A stretch of 64,000 bases of DNA from NCBI GenBank assembly GCA_051362555.1, contig CM120642.1:11160001-11224000 (forward strand), given 5' to 3'. The translations under genes and the position numbers were made by a program. The notes under the pieces were generated by a model. The model was not told the DNA's origin. It saw only the letters and a program-made list of their open reading frames with translations, and searched no databases. This DNA is from Lingula anatina (lineage: Eukaryota > Animalia > Brachiopoda). The first letter of the stretch is position 1. Each line of letters begins with the position of its first letter. Shown piece after piece: positions 48,901 to 63,900 of the stretch.

Positions 48901-51900
48901 TGCTGATAATCCCACCGAGAAAACAGCACTCTGAGATGAAAGGGCAGTATGACGTGCGTGGGACCATAGCGGGTTAGCTATACTGACTCAATTCAAGTTT
49001 GATCTGTTGCGTAGCTGGTAAAGGATAGAGATCAAAGACCATCCCCGCCTAAGCATCATTTTAAGAACCTTTAAATGAAGAGTAAGAAAGTGTTATCGAC
49101 GAGGCAGACATTATGATAACGACCAGCAAAAGTTGTTGCAAAATCGATCACTGATCCGAAACTTTACCGGCTTTTTATGCAAAAGGTAATTTGCCGGGAC
49201 CGACGAGTGCCTGCATTCGTATTCGCGCCTTTCCCATCATGTGACCAGGTCGTATCCGAGGGGAAGGTGACATGCCTCATCCGGGATTCGAACTCGTGAC
49301 TACTCGTGACTCGTTACCATGGTGGATGATTGGTTTGATTTTTTTTAACAGCCTTGCACGCTACCGATTGCGCCGTGAGTGACCCGCCCACCCTCCGTGG
49401 ATACGAGTTTCCTCTACTAGTAACCAAAGAAAATTTTTAGAAATGATTTCCAGCAACAAAAGATTGTGCTGGACGTTGTAGAATTCGAACCCAGGAAGGT
49501 GTCTAACTAGCTGTGTTCCAGTCAGCGAAGTTACCACGGAACCGAGGCAGCTTCGTTAGAAAGCAGTATATCAAATGCAAACTTTCTGCCTTGTCATGAA
49601 GAGGGCCAGTTTGGATGCACATGTAAATGTCCGAAATTACAATCGATAGCCCTTGGGCCGTAAAAAATGAATTTCATCACGCACAACGCCTTTCCGCGAA
49701 CATCGTATTATCATTGAACGTTTAAGTAGATGATGTACACGAGACTTTGGTTGAGAAGCCGACACGGAGCGTTCCGAGATAGATTCTTTTTTTTTCTTTC
49801 TTACTATGACTTTGTTTTGAGCTGAGATTTAGTTTGGTATCACGTATGACGTTAAAAAGCACAGGGGAGCGATTTTAGCTTTAGCGAGGCCCTGAAAAGA
49901 GGGAATCATTAAAAAACGTTCAAATGTGTTAAAGCTGGTGCGTTTTCCTTTCAAGCAATTGCAACCATGTGAATTTTGACAAAGACAACATATTTGGCGA
50001 CAATTCCGCCGAGAGGATACTTTCCTTTTTCTGCTGAACGCGGTTTACAGGCGGTAAGACGTGGTGTCAAAGCGGGAAAGCTACCGAAACAATATCAAGT
50101 TTGGTCGCTTTTATTGATAAGACTGCTCGGAACGTAACTAGCCAGATGGTTTTGAAGCTTTTATTTTCATTTTGGTTTACAGTGAGATTACGTCTGACTT
50201 CACCTTTGAAGTTATCGAGCACGACGAGAGCTAAAGCGGTTCACAGTTGGTCAGTTTTGGATTTGAGTAGTCTTTGCCATTTCTAATGGCCATTGTGGAG
50301 TTGCCCTGGGTACTGTAAGACAATATGAACAGTCTTGAGAAGCAAGGCCCTAGAGGAAGGGATGACATTTAAAAACACAACAAAATGTAACATTGGGTAA
50401 AGCAAAAGCGGTGACGTGATTTTCGAAAAAAATAAAAATAAACAAAATAAATTATTTTGCTGATAATCCCACCGAGAAGACAGCACTCTGAGATGAAAGG
50501 GCAGTATGACGTGCGTGGCACCATGGCGGGTTAGCTATACTGACTCAATTCAAGTTTGATCTGTTGCGTAGCTGGTAAAGGATAGAGATCAAAGACCATC
50601 CTCGCCTAAGCATCATTTTAAGAACCTTTAAATGAAGAGTAAGAAAGTGTTATCGACGAGGCAGACATTATGATAACGACCAGCAAAAGTTGTTGCAATA
50701 TCGATCACTGATCCGAAACTTTACCGGCTTTTTATGCAAAAGGTAATTTGCCGGGACCGACGAGTGCCTGCATTCGTATTCGCGCCTTTCCCATCACGTG
50801 ACCAGGTCGTATCCGAGGGGAAGGTGACATGCCTCATCCGGGATTCGAACTCGTGACTACTCGTGACTTGTTACCATGGTGGATGATTGGTTTGATTTTT
50901 TTTAACAGCCTTGCATGCTACCGCTTGCGCCGTGAGTGACCCGCCCACCCTCCGTGGATACGAGTTTCCTCTTATAGTAACCAAAGAAAATTTTTAGAAA
51001 TGATTTCCAGCAACAAAAGATTGTGCTGGACGTTGTAGAATTCGAACCCAGGAAGGTGTCTAACTAGCTGTGTTCCAGTCAGCGAAGTTACCACGGAACC
51101 GAGGCAGCTTCGTTAGAAAGCGGTATATCAAATGCAAACTTTCTGCCTTGTCATGAAGAGGGCCAGTTTGGATGCACATGTAAATGTCCGAAATTACAAT
51201 CGATAGCCCTTGGGCCGTAAAAAATGAATTTCATCACGCACAACGCCTTTCCGCGAACATCGTATTATCATTGAACGTTTAAGTAGATGATGTACACGAG
51301 ACTTTGGTTGAGAAGCCGACACGGAGCGTTCCGAGATAGATTCTTTATTTTTCTTTCTTACTATGACTTTGTTTTGAGCTGAGATTTAGTTTGGTATCAC
51401 GTATGACGTTAAAAAGCACAGGGGAGCGATTTTAGCTTTAGCGAGGCCCTGAAAAGAGGGAATCATTAAAAAACGTTCAAATGTGTTAAAGCTGGTGCGT
51501 TTTCCTTTCAAGCAATTGCAACCATGTGAATTTTGACAAAGACAACATATTTGGCGACAATTCCGCCGAGAGGATACTTTCCTTTTTCTGCTGAACGCGG
51601 TTTACAGGCGGTAAGACGTGGTGTCAAAGCGGGAAAGCTACCGAAACAATATCAAGTTTGGTCGCTTTTATTGATAAGACTGCTCGGAACGTAACTAGCC
51701 AGATGGTTTTGAAGCTTTTATTTTCATTTTGGTTTACAGTGAGATTACGTCTGACTTCACCTTTGAAGTTATCGAGCACGACGAGAGCTAAAGCGGTTCA
51801 CAGTTGGTCAGTTTTGGATTTGAGTAGTCTTTGCCATTTCTAATGGCCATTGTGGAGTTGCCCTGGGTACTGTAAGACAATATGAACAGTCTTGAGAAGC

Positions 51901-54900
51901 AAGGCCCTAGAGGAAGGGATGACATTTAAAAACACAACAAAATGTAACATTGGGTAAAGCAAAAGCGGTGACGTGATTTTCGAAAAAAATAAAAATAAAC
52001 AAAATAAATTATTTTGCTGATAATCCCACCGAGAAGACAGCACTCTGAGATGAAAGGGCAGTATGACGTGCGTGGCACCATGGCGGGTTAGCTATACTGA
52101 CTCAATTCAAGTTTGATCTGTTGCGTAGCTGGTAAAGGATAGAGATCAAAGACCATCCTCGCCTAAGCATCATTTTAAGAACCTTTAAATGAAGAGTAAG
52201 AAAGTGTTATCGACGAGGCAGACATTATGATAACGACCAGCAAAAGTTGTTGCAATATCGATCACTGATCCGAAACTTTACCGGCTTTTTATGCAAAAGG
52301 TAATTTGCCGGGACCGACGAGTGCCTGCATTCGTATTCGCGCCTTTCCCATCACGTGACCAGGTCGTATCCGAGGGGAAGGTGACATGCCTCATCCGGGA
52401 TTCGAACTCGTGACTACTCGTGACTTGTTACCATGGTGGATGATTGGTTTGATTTTTTTTAACAGCCTTGCATGCTACCGCTTGCGCCGTGAGTGACACG
52501 CCCACCCTCCGTGGATACGAGTTTCCTCTTATAGTAACCAAAGAAAATTTTTAGAAATGATTTCCAGCAACAAAAGATTGTGCTGGACGTTGTAGAATTC
52601 GAACCCAGGAAGGTGTCTAACTAGCTGTGTTCCAGTCAGCGAAGTTACCACGGAACCGAGGCAGCTTCGTTAGAAAGCGGTATATCAAATGCAAACTTTC
52701 TGCCTTGTCATGAAGAGGGCCAGTTTGGATGCACATGTAAATGTCCGAAATTACAATCGATAGCCCTTGGGCCGTAAAAAATGAATTTCATCACGCACAA
52801 CGCCTTTCCGCGAACATCGTATTATCATTGAACGTTTAAGTAGATGATGTACACGAGACTTTGGTTGAGAAGCCGACACGGAGCGTTCCGAGATAGATTC
52901 TTTTTTTTCTTTCTTACTATGACTTTGTTTTGAGCTGAGATTTAGTTTGGTATCACGTATGACGTTAAAAAGCACAGGGGAGCGATTTTAGCTTTAGCGA
53001 GGCCCTGAAAAGAGGGAATCATTAAAAAACGTTCAAATGTGTTAAAGCTGGTGCGTTTTCCTTTCAAGCAATTGCAACCATGTGAATTTTGACAAAGACA
53101 ACATATTTGGCGACAATTCCGCCGAGAGGATACTTTCCTTTTTCTGCTGAACGCGGTTTACAGGCGGTAAGACGTGGTGTCAAAGCGGGAAAGCTACCGA
53201 AACAATATCAAGTTTGGTCGCTTTTATTGATAAGACTGCTCGGAACGTAACTAGCCAGATGGTTTTGAAGCTTTTATTTTCATTTTGGTTTACAGTGAGA
53301 TTACGTCTGACTTCACCTTTGAAGTTATCGAGCACGACGAGAGCTAAAGCGGTTCACAGTTGGTCAGTTTTGGATTTGAGTAGTCTTTGCCATTTCTAAT
53401 GGCCATTGTGGAGTTGCCCTGGGTACTGTAAGACAATATGAACAGTCTTGAGAAGCAAGGCCCTAGAGGAAGGGATGACATTTAAAAACACAACAAAATG
53501 TAACATTGGGTAAAGCAAAAGCGGTGACGTGATTTTCGAAAAAAATAAAAATAAACAAAATAAATTATTTTGCTGATAATCCCACCGAGAAGACAGCACT
53601 CTGAGATGAAAGGGCAGTATGACGTGCGTGGCACCATGGCGGGTTAGCTATACTGACTCAATTCAAGTTTGATCTGTTGCGTAGCTGGTAAAGGATAGAG
53701 ATCAAAGACCATCCCCGCCTAAGCATCATTTTAAGAACCTTTAAATGAAGAGTAAGAAAGTGTTATCGACGAGGCAGACATTATGATAACGACCAGCAAA
53801 AGTTGTTGCAAAATCGATCACTGATCCGAAACTTTACCGGCTTTTTATGCAAAAGGTAATTTGCCGGGACCGACGAGTGCCTGCATTCGTATTCGCGCCT
53901 TTCCCATCACGTGACCAGGTCGTATCCGAGGGGAAGGTGACATGCCTCATCCGGGATTCGAACTCGTGACTACTCGTGACTCGTTACCATGGTGGATGAT
54001 TGGTTTGATTTTTTTTAACAGCCTTGCATGCTACCGCTTGCGCCGTGAGTGACCCGCCCACCCTCCGTGGATACGAGTTTCCTCTTATAGTAACCAAAGA
54101 AAATTTTTAGAAATGATTTCCAGCAAGAAAAGATTGTGCTGGACGTTGTAGAATTCGAACCCAGGAAGGTGTCTAACTAGCTGTGTTCCAGTCAGCGAAG
54201 TTACCACGGAACCGAGGCAGCTTCGTTAGAAACCAGTATATCAAATGCAAACTTTCTGCCTTGTCATGAAGAGGGCCAGTTTGGATGCACATGTAAATGT
54301 CCGAAATTACAATAGATAGCCCTTGGGCCGTAAAAAATGAATTTCATCACGCACAACGCCTTTCCGCGAACATCGTATTATCATTGAACGTTTAAGTAGA
54401 TGATGTACACGAGACTTTGGTTGAGAAGCCGACACGGAGCGTTCCGAGATAGATTCTTTTTTTTTCTTTCTTACTATGACTTTGTTTTGAGCTGAGATTT
54501 AGTTTGGTATCACGTATGACGTTAAAAAGCACAGGGGAGCGATTTTAGCTTTAGCGAGGCCCTGAAAAGAGGGAATCATTAAAAAACGTTCAAATGTGTT
54601 AAAGCTGGTGCGTTTTCCTTTCAAGCAATTGCAACCATGTGAATTTTGACAAAGACAACATATTTGGCGACAATTCCGCCGAGAGGATACTTTCCTTTTT
54701 CTGCTGAACGCGGTTTACAGGCGGTAAGACGTGGTGTCAAAGCGGGAAAGCTACCGAAACAATATCAAGTTTGGTCGCTTTTATTGATAAGACTGCTCGG
54801 AACGTAACTAGCCAGATGGTTTTGAAGCTTTTATTTTCATTTTGGTTTACAGTGTGATTACGTCTGACTTCACCTTTGAAGTTATCGAGCACGACGAGAG

Positions 54901-57900
54901 CTAAAGCGGTTCACAGTTGGTCAGTTTTGGATTTGAGTAGTCTTTGCCATTTCTAATGGCCATTGTGGAGTTGCCCTGGGTACTGTAAGACAATATGAAC
55001 AGTCTTGAGAAGTAAGGCCCTAGAGGAAGGGATGACATTTAAAAACACAACAAAATGTAACATTGGGTAAAGCAAAAGCGGTGACGTGATTTTCGAAAAA
55101 AATAAAAATAAACAAAATAAATTATTTTGCTGATAATCCCACAGAGAAGACAGCACTCTGAGATGAAAGGGCAGTATGACGTGCGTGGCACCATGGCGGG
55201 TTAGCTATACTGCCTCAATTCAAGTTTGATCTGTTGCGTAGCTGGTAAAGGATAGAGATCAAAGACCATCCCCGCCTAAGCATCATTTTAAGAACCTTTA
55301 AATGAAGAGTAAGAAAGTGTTATCGACGAGGCAGACATTATGATAACGACCAGCAAAAGTTGTTGCAAAATCGATCACTGATCCGAAACTTTACCGGCTT
55401 TTTATGCAAAAGGTAATTTGCCGGGACCGACGAGTGCCTGCATTCGTATTCGCGCCTTTCCCATCACGTGACCAGGCCGTATCCGAGGGGAAGGTGACAT
55501 GCCTCATCCGGAATTCGAACTCGTGACTACTCGTGACTCGTTACCATGGTGGATGATTGGTTTGATTTTTTTTAACAGCCTTGCACGCTACCGATTGCGC
55601 CGTGAGTGACCCGCCCACCCTCCGTGGATACGAGTTTCCTCTTATAGTAACCAAAGAAAATTTTTAGAAATGATTTCCAGCAACAAAAGATTGTGCTGGA
55701 CGTTGTAGAATTCGAACCCAGGAAGGTGTCTAACTAGCTGTGTTCCAGTCAGCGAAGTTACCACGGAACCGAGGCAGCTTCGTTAGAAAGCGGTATATCA
55801 AATGCAAACTTTCTGCCTTGTCATGAAGAGGGCCAGTTTGGATGCACATGTAAATGTCCGAAATTACAATCGATAGCACTTGGGCCGTAAAAAATGAATT
55901 TCATCACGCACAACGCCTTTCCGCGAACATCGTATTATCATTGAACGTTTAAGTAGATGATGTACACGAGACTTTGGTTGAGAAGCCGACACGGAGCGTT
56001 CCGAGATAGATTCTTTTTTTTCTTTCTTACTATGACTTTGTTTTGAGCTGAGATTTAGTTTGGTATCACGTATGACGTTAAAAAGCACAGGGGAGCGATT
56101 TTAGCTTTAGCGAGGCCCTGAAAAGAGGGAATCATTAAAAAACGTTCAAATGTGTTAAAGCTGGTGCGTTTTCCTTTCAAGCAATTGCAACCATGTGAAT
56201 TTTGACAAAGACAACATATTTGGCGACAATTCCGCCGAGAGGATACTTTCCTTTTTCTGCTGAACGCGGTTTACAGGCGGTAAGACGTGGTGTCAAAGCG
56301 GGAAAGCTACCGAAACAATATCAAGTTTGGTCGCTTTTATTGATAAGACTGCTCGGAACGTAACTAGCCAGATGGTTTTGAAGCTTTTATTTTCATTTTG
56401 GTTTACAGTGAGATTACGTCTGACTTCACCTTTGAAGTTATCGAGCACGACGAGAGCTAAAGCGGTTCACAGTTGGTCAGCTTTGGATTTGAGTAGTCTT
56501 TGCCATTTCTAATGGCCATTGTGGAGTTGCCCTGGGTACTGTAAGACAATATGAACAGTCTTGAGAAGCAAGGCCCTAGAGGAAGGGATGACATTTAAAA
56601 ACACAACAAAATGTAACATTGGGTAAAGCAAAAGCGGTGACGTGATTTTCGAAAAAAATAAAAATAAACAAAATAAATTATTTTGCTGATAATCCCACCG
56701 AGAAGACAGCACTCTGAGATGAAAGGGCAGTATGACGTGCGTGGCACCATGGCGGGTTAGCTATACTGACTCAATTCAAGTTTGATCTGTTGCGTAGCTG
56801 GTAAAGGATAGAGATCAAAGACCATCCCCGCCTAAGCATCATTTTAAGAACCTTTAAATGAAGAGTAAGAAAGTGTTATCGACGAGGCAGACATTATGAT
56901 AACGACCAGCAAAAGTTGTTGCAAAATCGATCACTGATCCGAAACTTTACCGGCTTTTTATGCAAAAGGTAATTTGCCGGGACCGACGAGTACCTGCATT
57001 CGTATTCGCGCCTTTCCCATCACGTGACCAGGTCGTATCCGAGGGGAAGGTGACATGCCTCATCCGGGATTCGAACTCGTGACTACTCGTGACTCGTTAC
57101 CATGATGGATGATTGGTTTGATTTTTTTTAACAGCCTTGCATGCTACCGATTGCGCCGTGAGTGACCCGCCCACCCTCCGTGGATACGAGTTTCCTCTTA
57201 TAGTAACCAAAGAAAATTTTTAGAAATGATTTCCAGCAACAAAAGATTGTGCTGGACGTTGTAGAATTCGAACCCAGGAAGGTGTCTAACTAGCTGTGTT
57301 CCAGTCAGCGAAGTTACCACGGAACCGAGGCAGCTTCGTTAGAAAGCGGTATATCAAATGCAAACTTTCTGCCTTGTCATGAAGAGGGCCAGTTTGGATG
57401 CACATGTAAATGTCCGAAATTACAATCGATAGCCCTTGGGCCGTAAAAAATGAATTTCATCACGCACAACGCCTTTCCGCGAACATCGTATTATCATTGA
57501 ACGTTTAAGTAGATGATGTACACGAGACTTTGGTTGAGAAGCCGACACGGAGCGTTCCGAGATAGATTCTTTTTTTTCTTTCTTACTATGACTTTGTTTT
57601 GAGCTGAGATTTAGTTTGGTATCACGTATGACGTTAAAAAGCACAGGGGAGCGATTTTAGCTTTAGCGAGGCCCTGAAAAGAGGGAATCATTAAAAAACG
57701 TTCAAATGTGTTAAAGCTGGTGCGTTTTCCTTTCAAGCAATTGCAACCATGTGAATTTTGACAAAGACAACATATTTGGCGACAATTCCGCCGAGAGGAT
57801 ACTTTCCTTTTTCTGCTGAACGCGGTTTACAGGCGGTAAGACGTGGTGTCAAAGCGGGAAAGCTACCGAAACAATATCAAGTTTGGTCGCTTTTATTGAT

Positions 57901-60900
57901 AAGACTGCTCGGAACGTAACTAGCCAGATGGTTTTGAAGCTTTTATTTTCATTTTGGTTTACAGTGAGATTACGTCTGACTTCACCTTTGAAGTTATCGA
58001 GCACGACGAGAGCTAAAGCGGTTCACAGTTGGTCAGCTTTGGATTTGAGTAGTCTTTGCCATTTCTAATGGCCATTGTGGAGTTGCCCTGGGTACTGTAA
58101 GACAATATGAACAGTCTTGAGAAGCAAGGCCCTAGAGGAAGGGATGACATTTAAAAACACAACAAAATGTAACATTGGGTAAAGCAAAAGCGGTGACGTG
58201 ATTTTCGAAAAAAATAAAAATAAACAAAATAAATTATTTTGCTGATAATCCCACCGAGAAGACAGCACTCTGAGATGAAAGGGCAGTATGACGTGCGTGG
58301 CACCATGGCGGGTTAGCTATACTGACTCAATTCAAGTTTGATCTGTTGCGTAGCTGGTAAAGGATAGAGATCAAAGACCATCCCCGCCTAAGCATCATTT
58401 TAAGAACCTTTAAATGAAGAGTAAGAAAGTGTTATCGACGAGGCAGACATTATGATAACGACCAGCAAAAGTTGTTGCAAAATCGATCACTGATCCGAAA
58501 CTTTACCGGCTTTTTATGCAAAAGGTAATTTGCCGGGACCGACGAGTGCCTGCATTCGTATTCGCGCCTTTCCCATCACGTGACCAGGTCGTATCCGAGG
58601 GGAAGGTGACATGCCTCATCCGGGATTCGAACTCGTGACTACTCGTGACTCGTTACCATGATGGATGATTGGTTTGATTTTTTTTAACAGCCTTGCATGC
58701 TACCGATTGCGCCGTGAGTGACCCGCCCACCCTCCGTGGATACGAGTTTCCTCTTATAGTAACCAAAGAAAATTTTTAGAAATGATTTCCAGCAACAAAA
58801 GATTGTGCTGGACGTTGTAGAATTCGAACCCAGGAAGGTGTCTAACTAGCTGTGTTCCAGTCAGCGAAGTTACCACGGAACCGAGGCAGCTTCGTTAGAA
58901 ACCAGTATATCAAATGCAAACTTTCTGCCTTGTCATGAAGAGGGCCAGTTTGGATGCACATGTAAATGTCCGAAATTACAATCGATAGCCCTTGGGCCGT
59001 AAAAAATGAATTTCATCACGCACAACGCCTTTCCGCGAACATCGTATTATCATTGAACGTTTAAGTAGATGATGTACACGAGACTTTGGTTGAGAAGCCG
59101 ACACGGAGCGTTCCGAGATAGATTCTTTTTTTTTCTTTCTTACTATGACTTTGTTTTGAGCTGAGATTTAGTTTGGTATCACGTATGACGTTAAAAAGCA
59201 CAGGGGAGCGATTTTAGCTTTAGCGAGGCCCTGAAAAGAGGGAATCATTAAAAAACGTTCAAATGTGTTAAAGCTGGTGCGTTTTCCTTTCAAGCAATTG
59301 CAACCATGTGAATTTTGACAAAGACAACATATTTGGCGACAATTCCGCCGAGAGGATACTTTCCTTTTTCTGCTGAACGCGGTTTACAGGCGGTAAGACG
59401 TGGTGTCAAAGCGGGAAAGCTACCGAAACAATATCAAGTTTGGTCGCTTTTATTGATAAGACTGCTCGGAACGTAACTAGCCAGATGGTTTTGAAGCTTT
59501 TATTTTCATTTTGGTTTACAGTGAGATTACGTCTGACTTCACCTTTGAAGTTATCGAGCACGACGAGAGCTAAAGCGGTTCACAGTTGGTCAGCTTTGGA
59601 TTTGAGTAGTCTTTGCCATTTCTAATGGCCATTGTGGAGTTGCCCTGGGTACTGTAAGACAATATGAACAGTCTTGAGAAGCAAGGCCCTAGAGGAAGGG
59701 ATGACATTTAAAAACACAACAAAATGTAACATTGGGTAAAGCAAAAGCGGTGACGTGATTTTCGAAAAAAATAAAAATAAACAAAATAAATTATTTTGCT
59801 GATAATCCCACCGAGAAGACAGCACTCTGAGATGAAAGGGCAGTATGACGTGCGTGGCACCATGGCGGGTTAGCTATACTGACTCAATTCAAGTTTGATC
59901 TGTTGCGTAGCTGGTAAAGGATAGAGATCAAAGACCATCCCCGCCTAAGCATCATTTTAAGAACCTTTAAATGAAGAGTAAGAAAGTGTTATCGACGAGG
60001 CAGACATTATGATAACGACCAGCAAAAGTTGTTGCAAAATCGATCACTGATCCGAAACTTTACCGGCTTTTTATGCAAAAGGTAATTTGCCGGGACCGAC
60101 GAGTGCCTGCATTCGTATTCGCGCCTTTCCCATCACGTGACCAGGTCGTATCCGAGGGGAAGGTGACATGCCTCATCCGGGATTCGAACTCGTGACTACT
60201 CGTGACTCGTTACCATGATGGATGATTGGTTTGATTTTTTTTAACAGCCTTGCATGCTACCGATTGCGCCGTGAGTGACCCGCCCACCCTCCGTGGATAC
60301 GAGTTTCCTCTTATAGTAACCAAAGAAAATTTTTAGAAATGATTTCCAGCAACAAAAGATTGTGCTGGACGTTGTAGAATTCGAACCCAGGAAGGTGTCT
60401 AACTAGCTGTGTTCCAGTCAGCGAAGTTACCACGGAACCGAGGCAGCTTCGTTAGAAACCAGTATATCAAATGCAAACTTTCTGCCTTGTCATGAAGAGG
60501 GCCAGTTTGGATGCACATGTAAATGTCCGAAATTACAATCGATAGCCCTTGGGCCGTAAAAAATGAATTTCATCACGCACAACGCCTTTCCGCGAACATC
60601 GTATTATCATTGAACGTTTAAGTAGATGATGTACACGAGACTTTGGTTGAGAAGCCGACACGGAGCGTTCCGAGATAGATTCTTTTTTTTTCTTTCTTAC
60701 TATGACTTTGTTTTGAGCTGAGATTTAGTTTGGTATCACGTATGACGTTAAAAAGCACAGGGGAGCGATTTTAGCTTTAGCGAGGCCCTGAAAAGAGGGA
60801 ATCATTAAAAAACGTTCAAATGTGTTAAAGCTGGTGCGTTTTCCTTTCAAGCAATTGCAACCATGTGAATTTTGACAAAGACAACATATTTGGCGACAAT

Positions 60901-63900
60901 TCCGCCGAGAGGATACTTTCCTTTTTCTGCTGAACGCGGTTTACAGGCGGTAAGACGTGGTGTCAAAGCGGGAAAGCTACCGAAACAATATCAAGTTTGG
61001 TCGCTTTTATTGATAAGACTGCTCGGAACGTAACTAGCCAGATGGTTTTGAAGCTTTTATTTTCATTTTGGTTTACAGTGAGATTACGTCTGACTTCACC
61101 TTTGAAGTTATCGAGCACGACGAGAGCTAAAGCGGTTCACAGTTGGTCAGCTTTGGATTTGAGTAGTCTTTGCCATTTCTAATGGCCATTGTGGAGTTGC
61201 CCTGGGTACTGTAAGACAATATGAACAGTCTTGAGAAGCAAGGCCCTAGAGGAAGGGATGACATTTAAAAACACAACAAAATGTAACATTGGGTAAAGCA
61301 AAAGCGGTGACGTGATTTTCGAAAAAAATAAAAATAAACAAAATAAATTATTTTGCTGATAATCCCACCGAGAAGACAGCACTCTGAGATGAAAGGGCAG
61401 TATGACGACGTGGCACCATGGCGGGTTAGCTATACTGACTCAATTCAAGTTTGATCTGTTGCGTAGCTGGTAAAGGATAGAGATCAAAGACCATCCCCGC
61501 CTAAGCATCATTTTAAGAACCTTTAAATGAAGAGTAAGAAAGTGTTATCGACGAGGCAGACATTATGATAACGACCAGCAAAAGTTGTTGCAAAATCGAT
61601 CACTGATCCGAAACTTTACCGGCTTTTTATGCAAAAGGTAATTTGCCGGGACCGACGAGTGCCTGCATTCGTATTCGCGCCTTTCCCATCACGTGACCAG
61701 GTCGTATCCGAGGGGAAGGTGACATGCCTCATCCGGGATTCGAACTCGTGACTACTCGTGACTCGTTACCATGATGGATGATTGGTTTGATTTTTTTTAA
61801 CAGCCTTGCATGCTACCGATTGCGCCGTGAGTGACCCGCCCACCCTCCGTGGATACGAGTTTCCTCTTATAGTAACCAAAGAAAATTTTTAGAAATGATT
61901 TCCAGCAACAAAAGATTGTGCTGGACGTTGTAGAATTCGAACCCAGGAAGGTGTCTAACTAGCTGTGTTCCAGTCAGCGAAGTTACCACGGAACCGAGGC
62001 AGCTTCGTTAGAAAGCGGTATATCAAATGCAAACTTTCTGCCTTGTCATGAAGAGGGCCAGTTTGGATGCACATGTAAATGTCCGAAATTACAATCGATA
62101 GCCCTTGGGCCGTAAAAAATGAATTTCATCACGCACAACGCCTTTCCGCGAACATCGTATTATCATTGAACGTTTAAGTAGATGATGTACACGAGACTTT
62201 GGTTGAGAAGCCGACACGGAGCGTTCCGAGATAGATTCTTTTTTTTCTTTCTTACTATGACTTTGTTTTGAGCTGAGATTTAGTTTGGTATCACGTATGA
62301 CGTTAAAAAGCACAGGGGAGCGATTTTAGCTTTAGCGAGGCCCTGAAAAGAGGGAATCATTAAAAAACGTTCAAATGTGTTAAAGCTGGTGCGTTTTCCT
62401 TTCAAGCAATTGCAACCATGTGAATTTTGACAAAGACAACATATTTGGCGACAATTCCGCCGAGAGGATACTTTCCTTTTTCTGCTGAACGCGGTTTACA
62501 GGCGGTAAGACGTGGTGTCAAAGCGGGAAAGCTACCGAAACAATATCAAGTTTGGTCGCTTTTATTGATAAGACTGCTCGGAACGTAACTAGCCAGATGG
62601 TTTTGAAGCTTTTATTTTCATTTTGGTTTACAGTGAGATTACGTCTGACTTCACCTTTGAAGTTATCGAGCACGACGAGAGCTAAAGCGGTTCACAGTTG
62701 GTCAGCTTTGGATTTGAGTAGTCTTTGCCATTTCTAATGGCCATTGTGGAGTTGCCCTGGGTACTGTAAGACAATATGAACAGTCTTGAGAAGCAAGGCC
62801 CTAGAGGAAGGGATGACATTTAAAAACACAACAAAATGTAACATTGGGTAAAGCAAAAGCGGTGACGTGATTTTCGAAAAAAATAAAAATAAACAAAATA
62901 AATTATTTTGCTGATAATCCCACCGAGAAGACAGCACTCTGAGATGAAAGGGCAGTATGACGTGCGTGGCACCATGGCGGGTTAGCTATACTGACTCAAT
63001 TCAAGTTTGATCTGTTGCGTAGCTGGTAAAGGATAGAGATCAAAGACCATCCCCGCCTAAGCATCATTTTAAGAACCTTTAAATGAAGAGTAAGAAAGTG
63101 TTATCGACGAGGCAGACATTATGATAACGACCAGCAAAAGTTGTTGCAAAATCGATCACTGATCCGAAACTTTACCGGCTTTTTATGCAAAAGGTAATTT
63201 GCCGGGACCGACGAGTGCCTGCATTCGTATTCGCGCCTTTCCCATCACGTGACCAGGTCGTATCCGAGGGGAAGGTGACATGCCTCATCCGGGATTCGAA
63301 CTCGTGACTACTCGTGACTCGTTACCATGATGGATGATTGGTTTGATTTTTTTTAACAGCCTTGCATGCTACCGATTGCGCCGTGAGTGACCCGCCCACC
63401 CTCCGTGGATACGAGTTTCCTCTTATAGTAACCAAAGAAAATTTTTAGAAATGATTTCCAGCAACAAAAGATTGTGCTGGACGTTGTAGAATTCGAACCC
63501 AGGAAGGTGTCTAACTAGCTGTGTTCCAGTCAGCGAAGTTACCACGGAACCGAGGCAGCTTCGTTAGAAACCAGTATATCAAATGCAAACTTTCTGCCTT
63601 GTCATGAAGAGGGCCAGTTTGGATGCACATGTAAATGTCCGAAATTACAATCGATAGCCCTTGGGCCGTAAAAAATGAATTTCATCACGCACAACGCCTT
63701 TCCGCGAACATCGTATTATCATTGAACGTTTAAGTAGATGATGTACACGAGACTTTGGTTGAGAAGCCGACACGGAGCGTTCCGAGATAGATTCTTTTTT
63801 TTTCTTTCTTACTATGACTTTGTTTTGAGCTGAGATTTAGTTTGGTATCACGTATGACGTTAAAAAGCACAGGGGAGCGATTTTAGCTTTAGCGAGGCCC

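Noticed and set aside
32312-62937. Recurrent 61-92 aa ORFs in every repeat unit
   Set aside because: They are short, mostly start at non-ATG codons and have no recognisable domain. Some are broken in many units by homopolymer-length changes. Their recurrence only reflects the tandem repeat.
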